Of a stretch of 64,000 bases of DNA, positions 10,628 to 19,091 are shown in pieces. This DNA comes from an uncultured virus (IMG/VR IMGVR_UViG_3300044513_000589) (lineage: Duplodnaviria > Heunggongvirae > Uroviricota > Caudoviricetes): IMG/VR virus record IMGVR_UViG_3300044513_000589; one strand, 5' to 3'. Position 1 is the stretch's first letter, and every line of letters starts with the position of its first letter. A model generated the notes under the pieces. That model ran no database searches. It had not been told where the DNA came from and saw nothing but the letters and a program-made list of their open reading frames with translations. A program made the position numbers and the translations under genes.

Positions 10628-12196
10628 ATGATTGATAAAATTTGTATTGTTGGCGGCGGCACCGCTGGATGGATTGCCGCTGCTTCTTTGATTAGATTTT
10701 TTCCTGAAAAGCAAATTACTCTAATCGAGTCACCAGACATTCCCACGATTGGTGTCGGAGAATCGACTACCCAATTTTTTAGGGACTGGACTAGAGAGAT
10801 GTGTCTCTCTGATGTCTGGATGGATGAGTGCGAAGCCACTTATAAGTACAGCGTGAAGTTTAAGAACTTCAGCGAGTATGGTGATTTCCACTACCCATTC
10901 TTCCCTGGTAAAGAGCCACCCAACGCAAAGGTTGGACTTCTGGACTGGTTCCTTCATTACCGTGCTACTAACGGTAATCCAGATAAGTCCTTCTGCGAGT
11001 GGATGGTTCCTTATTGGAAGATCATCGAAGATAACAAGGTCGTTCCTCGGGACGTTGATTACTTCAGCTATCTAGACAATGCTGGGTATCATATGGATGC
11101 TCAGAAGTTTGCTGAGTATCTGCGTCGTGAGTTCTGTGTTCCCCGTGGCGTCAAGCATGTACAGGGCACTGTCACTGAGATTGATCATGACGAGACTGGT
11201 ATCAAGCGAGTCTACGTTGGTGATACTTTCTACAGCGCTGATCTGTTCATTGACTGTACTGGCTTTAAGTCTCTGCTTTTGGGTGAGACCCTGGGTACGG
11301 AGTGGGATGAATTCCCCTTCCTGATCAATGATCGTGCCTGGGCAGTTCGCCTCAAGTATAAGGACAAGAAGACAGAGATGCTCAACCATACTCTGTGTAC
11401 CGCACTGGGTAATGGCTGGGTCTGGCATGTTCCCCTCAGCACTCGCTACGGCACTGGATACAACTTCAGCAGCAAGTTCATCTCGGATGAGGATGCTCTG
11501 GAAGAGTTCAAGGCGCACCTAGGCGAGGGATTTGAGGATCGTCAGATCAGTGACTTCCGTTTGATTGAGTGGAAGAACGGCGTCTCCAAGAAGATCTGGA
11601 ACAAGAACGTTGTTGGTATTGGACTCTCTGCTGGTTTCATTGAGCCACTAGAATCCAATGGACTCATGAGTGCTCACAACTTCGCCATGTATTTGTGTGA
11701 TACTTTGTCAGCACATAATGGCAAGGTGAACACGATAATTAAGGATCAGTTCAATCGTCGTTGCCGTCAGAACTTCCAGAACTTTGCTTACTTTGTGGGC
11801 AATCACTTCATGCTATCCACCAGGGAAGATACTCCCTACTGGAAGTACATCACTCAGGATATTGATTATCTTAGTGCTCACGTTCAGGATGAGTATCGAG
11901 TCTATCCTCAGAACCAGATCTTCCTGGACATGCATGATATGAACATCTGGAATATGAGTAACCTTGAAGGTAACGCATATCTTGCTGCTGGCTTCAACCA
12001 GCATCCAGTGACTTCATGGCACGCTGATTATCTGGAAAGGCGGCATACCCTTGACTTAAGTCAGTGGAGGACGCTAGAATCTGGATACGAGCTCCACCCC
12101 GATACGGTGCGGGAGATCGATGAATTCCCCACACCAGAAGAGTTCTATTACGAACGTGTGTCTGGTGTTGATGTTCCTCACTATATCCATGCGTAA
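10628..12196 (+). CDS. Flavin-dependent halogenase, tryptophan-halogenase (PrnA) family, copy 1
   Basis: GGGTAG FAD motif, IGVGEST, ATYK (catalytic Lys position), DCTGF, GWVWHVP, FIEPLESNG. Confidence 0.92.
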   Translation: MIDKICIVGGGTAGWIAAASLIRFFPEKQITLIESPDIPTIGVGESTTQFFRDWTREMCLSDVWMDECEATYKYSVKFKNFSEYGDFHYPFFPGKEPPNAKVGLLDWFLHYRATNGNPDKSFCEWMVPYWKIIEDNKVVPRDVDYFSYLDNAGYHMDAQKFAEYLRREFCVPRGVKHVQGTVTEIDHDETGIKRVYVGDTFYSADLFIDCTGFKSLLLGETLGTEWDEFPFLINDRAWAVRLKYKDKKTEMLNHTLCTALGNGWVWHVPLSTRYGTGYNFSSKFISDEDALEEFKAHLGEGFEDRQISDFRLIEWKNGVSKKIWNKNVVGIGLSAGFIEPLESNGLMSAHNFAMYLCDTLSAHNGKVNTIIKDQFNRRCRQNFQNFAYFVGNHFMLSTREDTPYWKYITQDIDYLSAHVQDEYRVYPQNQIFLDMHDMNIWNMSNLEGNAYLAAGFNQHPVTSWHADYLERRHTLDLSQWRTLESGYELHPDTVREIDEFPTPEEFYYERVSGVDVPHYIHA

Positions 12197-13751
12197 GATT
12201 TGTATTGTTGGCGGTGGCAGTTCAGGATGGATGACTGCTGCCGCTTTATCTAAAAAGTTTCCCCAGTGGGATATCACTCTAGTTGAAAGTCAACACTCTA
12301 AGCCTTTAGGTGTAGGAGAATCTACCCTAGGGCATTTTAATCGGTACCTAGATTGTCTCGGTATTGATGATAAAGACTGGATGCCTTCCTGTAAGGCGAC
12401 CTATAAATTATCAATTCAGTTCACCAACTGGAAGAATGAAGGAGATGTATTCCAGTATCCTTTTGGTGATTTTGACTACTCTCGTGGTGGATTCCTGGAT
12501 TGGTATCACATCCATAACTTCTTCCCAGAACAATTTCCAGACACAACATTTTCTGAGTTCTATAATCCAGTCTCATATCTGGCAGCTGCCAATAAGATGT
12601 CCGATGAAGATCCATACTTCCCGAACTTCAGCAAACAATGGAATGCGGCTTACCACTTTGATGCTGATCAGTTTGGGCAATGGTTGCGTAAGAACCTTTG
12701 CCTGAATGTGACTCATCATTATGCTGACATCAGTGGTGCCTCAATTAATGATAAGGGTGAGATTGCGTACCTGCTCGATGAAGAGGGGCACCAGTATCAT
12801 GCCGATTATTTTATTGACTGTACTGGGTTTAAGTCAGCAATCCTAGAGGGGTATATGGGAGTTCCCTTTATCTCCTTTGAAGATGATCTCCCTAATGACT
12901 CTGCTGTCGCAGCACGTATTCCTTACACTAATCGTAGGGAGCAGATGAGCAACACGACAGATGGTTATGCTCTGGGCAATGGATGGGTATGGACTATTCC
13001 TACCTGGGATCGTATCGGAACTGGCTATGTTTATTCCTCTAAGTTCTGTTCCCAAGAACAGGCAGAGAAGGAGTTCCGTGATCATGTCAAGTGGGATGGA
13101 GAAGTCAAACACATCAAATTCCGCCACGGTAAGCACAAGTTTGGGTGGTATAAGAATGTTATTGGTATTGGACTATCCTATGGTTTCCTAGAGCCACTAG
13201 AATCTACAGGTCTCTTCACTACACACGAGAACATTCTTCGATTGGTTGATACCTTTGAAAGAAGGAACGGTAAGATCACTCAGATTGACATTGATGGATA
13301 TAACCATGCTGTGTCATACGAACTCGAAGCAATGAAAGAGTTCGTGTACATGCATTATTATCTGTCACCCAGAGATGATACTCCTTACTGGAGATATTAC
13401 ACTGAGCGTAGTCCACTGACATACGAAGAGATGTATGATAAAGTGGTAAGGTCACCTAGACTCTATCAAGAGTTCATACATAACTTCAATATCGCAAATG
13501 CTCCGAAAGACCTTGGAGGATTGGTTTATATTGCTGCTGGTCTTGGATACCATCCTTTGACTGCGACTGATAGTATCCATACTAGAAATCGTAAAGAGTA
13601 CCCACAAGCAGAAATAGAATCTGCGGTTAGACAGTTTGAAAAATATAAGACCAGTCTAGAAAGGCACGTTGCTAAACTCCCAAGTCATTATGATTACCTT
13701 GTTAAAAACATTTATGGGGTTGATGAAGAAACCCAAAAAACCGCGTGCTAG
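12189..13751 (+). CDS. Flavin-dependent halogenase, tryptophan-halogenase (PrnA) family, copy 2
   Basis: Start placed at ATG 12189 (MRKICIVGGGSSG), overlapping the copy 1 stop; LGVGEST, ATYK, DCTGF, GWVWTIP, FLEPLESTG. Confidence 0.92.
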   Translation: MRKICIVGGGSSGWMTAAALSKKFPQWDITLVESQHSKPLGVGESTLGHFNRYLDCLGIDDKDWMPSCKATYKLSIQFTNWKNEGDVFQYPFGDFDYSRGGFLDWYHIHNFFPEQFPDTTFSEFYNPVSYLAAANKMSDEDPYFPNFSKQWNAAYHFDADQFGQWLRKNLCLNVTHHYADISGASINDKGEIAYLLDEEGHQYHADYFIDCTGFKSAILEGYMGVPFISFEDDLPNDSAVAARIPYTNRREQMSNTTDGYALGNGWVWTIPTWDRIGTGYVYSSKFCSQEQAEKEFRDHVKWDGEVKHIKFRHGKHKFGWYKNVIGIGLSYGFLEPLESTGLFTTHENILRLVDTFERRNGKITQIDIDGYNHAVSYELEAMKEFVYMHYYLSPRDDTPYWRYYTERSPLTYEEMYDKVVRSPRLYQEFIHNFNIANAPKDLGGLVYIAAGLGYHPLTATDSIHTRNRKEYPQAEIESAVRQFEKYKTSLERHVAKLPSHYDYLVKNIYGVDEETQKTAC

Positions 13752-14520
13752 ATTTTTTAGTCTGATTCCTGGGGCGCATACTCTGTACCCTGTGATTAGA
13801 TCTGAAGAACTGGATCGCGATTGGATTAAGAGTGAGAAGGAAGACTATAGGGAACGGCAAACCAAATGCCCTATGGCTAACATCATGAATGCCATCCCAT
13901 TCAACCAACCCCATAGTATTGGTAAGTGTCCAGCAATTAACTCGGTGATGCGGACTGGGTACGTTGTTCGTGCTCCAGCTGACTTCAAGGTCCATACCAA
14001 TGGGGATGGGCATACTATTCTTTTCACTACTACTCCATTCAGTCCTCCTGGTTCTGACTATGTGGTCCTCCACGATAGTGATACCGCCAAGTGGTTGATG
14101 GACTCTTCCAAAGATAACGTTATTGATCAAGTCATCAAAGTCAATACGTGTTGGAGAGTACAAGCAGATGATGACATTGTGTTCCTTCAGACTAAGGTCC
14201 CGTTTGTAAATGAATCTAGATTCAGCGCTATTTCTGGTATCCTTGATCCACGCTCGGCTTATGAAGTCAATGTCCAACTCTGGTGGCACGTGAAGGAAGG
14301 TGATGAAGTAGTTAAGGCAGGAACTCCTCTTGCTTGCTACGTTCCCATTTCCCGCAAACTCCTAGAGAACTTGGATGTATCCATTGACGTTGCTACTCCA
14401 GAAGATTTTGTTCTAGAGAACGAGTTTCAATTTACGGCTTATAATGAATTTCAGGAAAACGTTAACGTCACTAAACGTCAACTGAAGACCAATAAAATCT
14501 TGCGAAAGTATTGGAAATGA
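13714..14520 (+). CDS. Hypothetical protein of the oxygenase-associated cyanophage type
   Basis: KCPAI...GYVVRAPADF...AGTPLACYVPI; overlaps both neighbours; start at 13714 or 13723. Confidence 0.6.
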   Translation: MGLMKKPKKPRARFFSLIPGAHTLYPVIRSEELDRDWIKSEKEDYRERQTKCPMANIMNAIPFNQPHSIGKCPAINSVMRTGYVVRAPADFKVHTNGDGHTILFTTTPFSPPGSDYVVLHDSDTAKWLMDSSKDNVIDQVIKVNTCWRVQADDDIVFLQTKVPFVNESRFSAISGILDPRSAYEVNVQLWWHVKEGDEVVKAGTPLACYVPISRKLLENLDVSIDVATPEDFVLENEFQFTAYNEFQENVNVTKRQLKTNKILRKYWK

Positions 14521-15122
14521 CCATCCATCCTTTGTTCTCGGTTCCAGTATTCAAGGGGCATCTTTGCCCCACTGAATATCAAGAAGCCGATTTTGATGAC
14601 ATCCTTACTAGGATGTTTTTGGATTCTAAGTTGGGTGACTTTGCTGGTGAGACTGGATTGTCCACCGCACCCAATGGCATGAACCTTCATGACATTCCCG
14701 AATTGAAATGGTTCTGGGAAAGGATTGATTATGCTGTCCGAGACTACTGGGTCAATATCCTAGGTTATAGGAAGATGGCTTACGTTGAGTGTCAGCACTC
14801 TTGGGCAAACAAACATTTCTCTAATGACAGCACAGCAGAGCACAGTCATAGGGATGGTTGGAATGGTAGATGCCAAGTATCTGGAGTCTATTATTTTAAG
14901 AAGCCTAAGGGTTCTGCTAACATTCGATTTTGTAATCCCAATGATTACATTCTAAGGATGACACCGTACGAACATATGGCAGGTATAGATACTATATCTA
15001 CTGAAGTGACAGCAGAGCAGTATGACTTTATTCTTTTCCCATCTTGGGTAAGGCATAGAGTACCACCTAGTAATGCTTCTCAGAGAATCGCTATATCATT
15101 TAATTACCTAGGTTATGATTGA
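14517..15122 (+). CDS. 2OG-Fe(II) oxygenase, TIGR02466-like
   Basis: LFSVPV N-terminus, HSH, SGVYY, FPSWVRH, RIAISFN. Confidence 0.85.
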   Translation: MTIHPLFSVPVFKGHLCPTEYQEADFDDILTRMFLDSKLGDFAGETGLSTAPNGMNLHDIPELKWFWERIDYAVRDYWVNILGYRKMAYVECQHSWANKHFSNDSTAEHSHRDGWNGRCQVSGVYYFKKPKGSANIRFCNPNDYILRMTPYEHMAGIDTISTEVTAEQYDFILFPSWVRHRVPPSNASQRIAISFNYLGYD

Positions 15123-15897
15123 AGACTTTAAGATTCTTCCTGTTCCCAAACATAAAGCCAAGTTCATCAAACCATTTGATGAATGGAACTTTACGTTCCA
15201 TGGGCAATACTGGCGTATTCGTGATATGTTTTATGACCTCGATGAATTCGTTGAGGTGCTCAAGTGCTATCCAATAGAAGACTACAACAATGCTGGTAGT
15301 GCGAGCGATCCAAACCCTTTCGCGCAAACGTCGATATCTCATTGGATATTTTCCCCCATCGCAGAACAGATCCGTCACTTCATAATGGTCAACCACTTCA
15401 AGCAATCAGCTGATGTGGGGCTACATGATGAGAGATTCTCTGAATGGGGGAACGTCTATGTTAAAGATAGGTGCCGTCCTGTAAGTTGTTGGCAGATGCC
15501 ACATAGAGACTTTGGCACTGATGAAGGATTCATTGCTAACCTCTGGCTTTCTCACCACGAAGAAAATGAAACAGGAACCAACTTCTTTAAGTATAAAGGA
15601 ACGATTGATGAGGGACGGTACGATTTCCAAATCGATCCAAATCACCACAGGTATAAAGAGTGGCATAGTTGGCACGGAGACGGCACCAATCATGACGACG
15701 GATGGATCAACTTCGATTCAGACAAGCAACGGCATTGGGGTTTCATTAAGACAGGTTTCGCCGCAGCAGAGTACGGAACTATGACACTGTACAATGCGAA
15801 CACCATTCACGCTCCTTGGATTCCAGAGAGTGTAGAATGGAGATGGAGTCATTGCTTCGGATTTAAGTATACGCCTTTACGACATGTTCCTAGATGA
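15115..15897 (+). CDS. Putative 2OG-Fe(II) oxygenase (DUF6445-like)
   Basis: PHRD, GTNFF, LYNANTIH facial-triad pattern. Confidence 0.6.
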   Translation: MIEDFKILPVPKHKAKFIKPFDEWNFTFHGQYWRIRDMFYDLDEFVEVLKCYPIEDYNNAGSASDPNPFAQTSISHWIFSPIAEQIRHFIMVNHFKQSADVGLHDERFSEWGNVYVKDRCRPVSCWQMPHRDFGTDEGFIANLWLSHHEENETGTNFFKYKGTIDEGRYDFQIDPNHHRYKEWHSWHGDGTNHDDGWINFDSDKQRHWGFIKTGFAAAEYGTMTLYNANTIHAPWIPESVEWRWSHCFGFKYTPLRHVPR

Positions 15898-16447
15898 AAT
15901 CTTTCCCACTCCCATATGGGGAACTGACCTGAAACTTGATCTCGATAGCATCATGTATTGGGCTTATCTTGAGAAAGAAAAGGATGAAGGTAGACTGGTA
16001 TCTAACGTTGGTGGGTGGCAATCAAATGACTACAAAGAGTTTGATAGGACACCACTTAAACCTTTAGTCGAAGCAATTACTAAGATGGCAGCGGTGGCTT
16101 CCAATGAGTTAGGTATACCAGAACCTGCTGATAGTATTGTTAATCTATGGGTCAATATCAATCCCAGACTTTCGTATAATCAAGTTCATGTACATCCAGA
16201 ATGTAAGCTGTCTGGTGTTTTCTATGTGAAAGCAGATGAGAACGCTGGCAATCTATGCTTTACTAGAGGGTCCAATGACTTCGCTTTGGGAACCATTGCT
16301 CCAAACATGACTAGATATAGTAATGCTGAGTATGAGTATACACCGATACCAAATCGCTTGATTATCTTCCCAGCGTGGGTGATGCATCATGTGAAAGCTA
16401 ACCTATCCTTTTCCGACAGGATATCTTTGTCATTTAATTTACGATGA
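15884..16447 (+). CDS. 2OG-Fe(II) oxygenase, TIGR02466-like
   Basis: IFPTPI, SNVGGWQS, HVHP, LSGVFY, FPAWVMH, RISLSFN. Confidence 0.88.
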   Translation: MFLDEIFPTPIWGTDLKLDLDSIMYWAYLEKEKDEGRLVSNVGGWQSNDYKEFDRTPLKPLVEAITKMAAVASNELGIPEPADSIVNLWVNINPRLSYNQVHVHPECKLSGVFYVKADENAGNLCFTRGSNDFALGTIAPNMTRYSNAEYEYTPIPNRLIIFPAWVMHHVKANLSFSDRISLSFNLR

Positions 16448-17058
16448 AAGAATTTAAGAATTTTCTACCAAACTCTCTAGCACTAGAGGTTCATGATCTC
16501 CTTACCTCGAATATTTTTCCTTGGTACTGGCTTGATGATGTAACAGTTTCTCCCGATGCTAGGGATGAAGTTCCAGCGTATTACAGGTCTCAACCTGGAA
16601 TGCATCACACTCCGTATGTCGATGGTCGCGCTAGTGAGTGGTATGATAAGTTTAGTTTTATCTACCACTACATCCTGGATGCGATGGAATTAGATTATAG
16701 AGAATGGCAACTGGCTCGGATTCGCTGTGGTTTGAACTTCCCTACTTTTAGGGATGAGCATATGCTCCATAATCAACCACATATTGATTATCCAGAGACC
16801 CAGGTCGGAGATCACTTTACTTGTTTGTATTATGTAAATGATTCTGATGGTCCAACTGTCGTGTTCAATGAAACTACAGAATCTGACAAATACACCATCA
16901 AGTACCAGTGTCCTCCTGAGAGAAACAAACTATTTGTCTTTGATGGAAAGCACTATCATGCTTCTTCCTGTCCTAAGGAACATGATGCTAGAATAGCATT
17001 GACTATAAACCTGTGTAGTAGAGCTCGAAATGTGGAACAATTTCTTCGCAACGGCTAA
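16444..17058 (+). CDS. 2OG-Fe(II) oxygenase
   Basis: FPWY, PHID, LYYVNDSDGPT, FDGKHYHAS, RIALTIN. Confidence 0.85.
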   Translation: MKEFKNFLPNSLALEVHDLLTSNIFPWYWLDDVTVSPDARDEVPAYYRSQPGMHHTPYVDGRASEWYDKFSFIYHYILDAMELDYREWQLARIRCGLNFPTFRDEHMLHNQPHIDYPETQVGDHFTCLYYVNDSDGPTVVFNETTESDKYTIKYQCPPERNKLFVFDGKHYHASSCPKEHDARIALTINLCSRARNVEQFLRNG

Positions 17059-17713
17059 TCTACTAGGAAAGGATCAAGCCGCTTATGTTCCAGATTTTCT
17101 TAAGTCTCCTGAGAAGTATTGTTCTTGGGAGACTGTAGAGGATGCCTTACATAGATCAGATATGTATTGGGAACTCATCATGCCAGATGGTTCTAAGCGA
17201 GACATTGAAGTCTATAAACCAGCATGGGCTAGAACTCCAGATCAAGATAAAAAACTTATTCATGACCACATCGTAAGTGGTAAGAGTTTTGTTATCTTGT
17301 CATATAGTAGAGCAAATGCTAGAGTTAAATCTCTATGCGCTGAGATCGAAAGGCACTTTGATGTAAACTCTGATATCCATGTCTATGGGGCAAGAGATTC
17401 AGCTAATTCTTTCAAGTGCCATTATGATCACTTCGCTAACTTTATTATTCAATGCGAAGGTGAAACAGATTGGGTAGTCTATAAAAATAGGGCTACCTCT
17501 CTATGGGAGGCTAGGAACGATAAACCCGTAGATGAATCAAAGTATGAAGTAGACTGGAAGGGGGTTCTCAAACCTGGAGATATGCTCTATATTCCAGACA
17601 GGGCGTGGCACAAAGCCACACCAACTTCCAGACGATTATCAATGAGCATACCATGTATGCCAACCGTGATACCCTCTAATTTCTATGACAGAACCCACTA
17701 TACAATTACATAG
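17030..17713 (+). CDS. JmjC/cupin-type oxygenase (ROXA/YcfD-like)
   Basis: SFKCHYDHFANFIIQCEGETDW, LKPGDMLYIP..AWHKA, RLSMSI. Confidence 0.8.
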   Translation: MWNNFFATANLLGKDQAAYVPDFLKSPEKYCSWETVEDALHRSDMYWELIMPDGSKRDIEVYKPAWARTPDQDKKLIHDHIVSGKSFVILSYSRANARVKSLCAEIERHFDVNSDIHVYGARDSANSFKCHYDHFANFIIQCEGETDWVVYKNRATSLWEARNDKPVDESKYEVDWKGVLKPGDMLYIPDRAWHKATPTSRRLSMSIPCMPTVIPSNFYDRTHYTIT

Positions 17714-18317
17714 AAAGCCATTTGTTAAACTGATTAGGCAGATGGTATCTCCCAATGTCATTGATCTTCTCGCTACCGAGTTTAGACTTATGCGAGATGC
17801 TCTAAAGGCTATGGGGAGCGATGAGGGTTATAATGATCCGACTGTTCCTAATACCTTTTCTTGGTATTCTCCACTTTGTTTTGAATCTTTGAGTTTGGTC
17901 CTTCAACCAAAGATCGAAAAAATTTTAGGAGAGAAGTTACATCCGACCTATTCTTATGGTCGTATATATACTGAAGGCAGCGAGCTTGTTCGGCACGTTG
18001 ACCGAAGAAGTTCTGAAGTAGCAGTAAACATCAACATCGCAAGGGACGAGGAGTGTCCGTCATTCCTTTACTTTGAATGGGAGGGACAACTGAAAAAGGT
18101 TGACCTTGAGCCAGGAGATGTGGTAGTATATTCGGGATCACTCATTCCACATTGGCGTGAGAAGTATACAGGCAGAGAGCAGATGAATGCTTTCATGCAG
18201 TATGTCTTTGCTAATGGTCACTACAGCGATCTAAAGTATGATACTCGTCCCTATCTTGCTACTCCATATGAGCTGACAGAAGGACACATTAAAGATGAAG
18301 TGAGAAACTATGTCTGA
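17685..18317 (+). CDS. 2OG-Fe(II) oxygenase
   Basis: PTYSYGRIY, LVRHVDR, LEPGD..VYSG, PHWRE. Confidence 0.8.
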   Translation: MTEPTIQLHRKPFVKLIRQMVSPNVIDLLATEFRLMRDALKAMGSDEGYNDPTVPNTFSWYSPLCFESLSLVLQPKIEKILGEKLHPTYSYGRIYTEGSELVRHVDRRSSEVAVNINIARDEECPSFLYFEWEGQLKKVDLEPGDVVVYSGSLIPHWREKYTGREQMNAFMQYVFANGHYSDLKYDTRPYLATPYELTEGHIKDEVRNYV

Positions 18318-18579
18318 AGAAACAACAACCGAAGGTCTTCTAGATTTTACGGATGTGTGGGATGACTTTGTTGAGCAACTTGTCGCTTGCCGTAAGGACG
18401 TTAAAGAGCGTGAAGATGAGCTCGAAAAGAATTCTGCCCTCCTGACCCGTGTAGATCTTACCGAACTCAATGAAGTTCGGAACAAGTGCCTCAAGCTTGA
18501 AGGTGCTTGTGAAGCCCTTGACCTTGTACGCACCAAAGTTATTGGTGAAGAATCCAAAATCCAACGGAGTGAAGCATGA
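18310..18579 (+). CDS. Small coiled-coil hypothetical protein
   Basis: 89 aa, heptad-like, KLEGACEAL; coupled to its neighbours. Confidence 0.65.
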   Translation: MSEETTTEGLLDFTDVWDDFVEQLVACRKDVKEREDELEKNSALLTRVDLTELNEVRNKCLKLEGACEALDLVRTKVIGEESKIQRSEA

Positions 18580-18773
18580 CTATTGAAGAAATGATCAAAG
18601 ACTTTGAAGAGCAGCGCGGTAAGATCCGTGGTGAAATCTCGGAGATCGAAGACGCACTAAAAGCCAGACAGGAACAACTCTTGCGTCTTGGTGGCGCAAT
18701 CGAAGGTCTCCGTCTGGCTGAAAAGAATCTTGATGATTCTGCTGTGGCTGCTGATGCTGAGGTTGTTAAGTAA
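18576..18773 (+). CDS. Small coiled-coil hypothetical protein
   Basis: 65 aa, ATGA overlap, RLGGAIEGL. Confidence 0.65.
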   Translation: MTIEEMIKDFEEQRGKIRGEISEIEDALKARQEQLLRLGGAIEGLRLAEKNLDDSAVAADAEVVK

Positions 18774-19044
18774 GTAAAGCTTTACTGCTAAGCATATCAT
18801 GCTTCTCATCAAATTCAAATCTTTGAGGAGCGTGATACTTATCACCAGCAACAATTAGGTAATATCTATTACCGTAAATATTTTTGGTAATACCGATGGA
18901 ACGAATGTCCCTTCCGTCATACTTACCACCTACTTCATAGGGAACAGTCTCTGGAGTTCCATCAAAGGGTGCTTTGATGCGAGACCAAAGATGTTCCCTA
19001 TTTCTATATTCTCCCGTAGGAGCTTTTCTATCTCTTAACGACAT
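18766..19044 (-). CDS. Hypothetical protein (only convincing minus-strand gene)
   Basis: Fills the gap 18773-19092; likely start MSLRDRKAP at 19044; protein-like composition. Confidence 0.6.
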   Translation of the reverse strand: MSLRDRKAPTGEYRNREHLWSRIKAPFDGTPETVPYEVGGKYDGRDIRSIGITKNIYGNRYYLIVAGDKYHAPQRFEFDEKHDMLSSKALLT

Positions 19045-19049
19045 TGGGC

Positions 19050-19057
19050 TATAAATA
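19050..19057 (+). promoter_or_regulatory. T4-type late promoter TATAAATA
   Basis: Exact consensus about 35 nt upstream of the ATG at 19092. Confidence 0.7.
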
Positions 19058-19091
19058 CAGAAGAGGATAACACTGACCTGGACAGGCGTAC

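Noticed and set aside
12120..12188. Upstream start for halogenase 2 given by the ORF track (similar over-long starts at 13669, 28039, 44297, 53364, 53824)
   Set aside because: These extensions lie inside the preceding genes. Downstream ATGs match the family N-termini and translational coupling.
18310..18773. RiPP precursor peptides for the halogenase/oxygenase cluster
   Set aside because: Both are charged coiled coils with almost no aromatic residues and no leader/core pattern.
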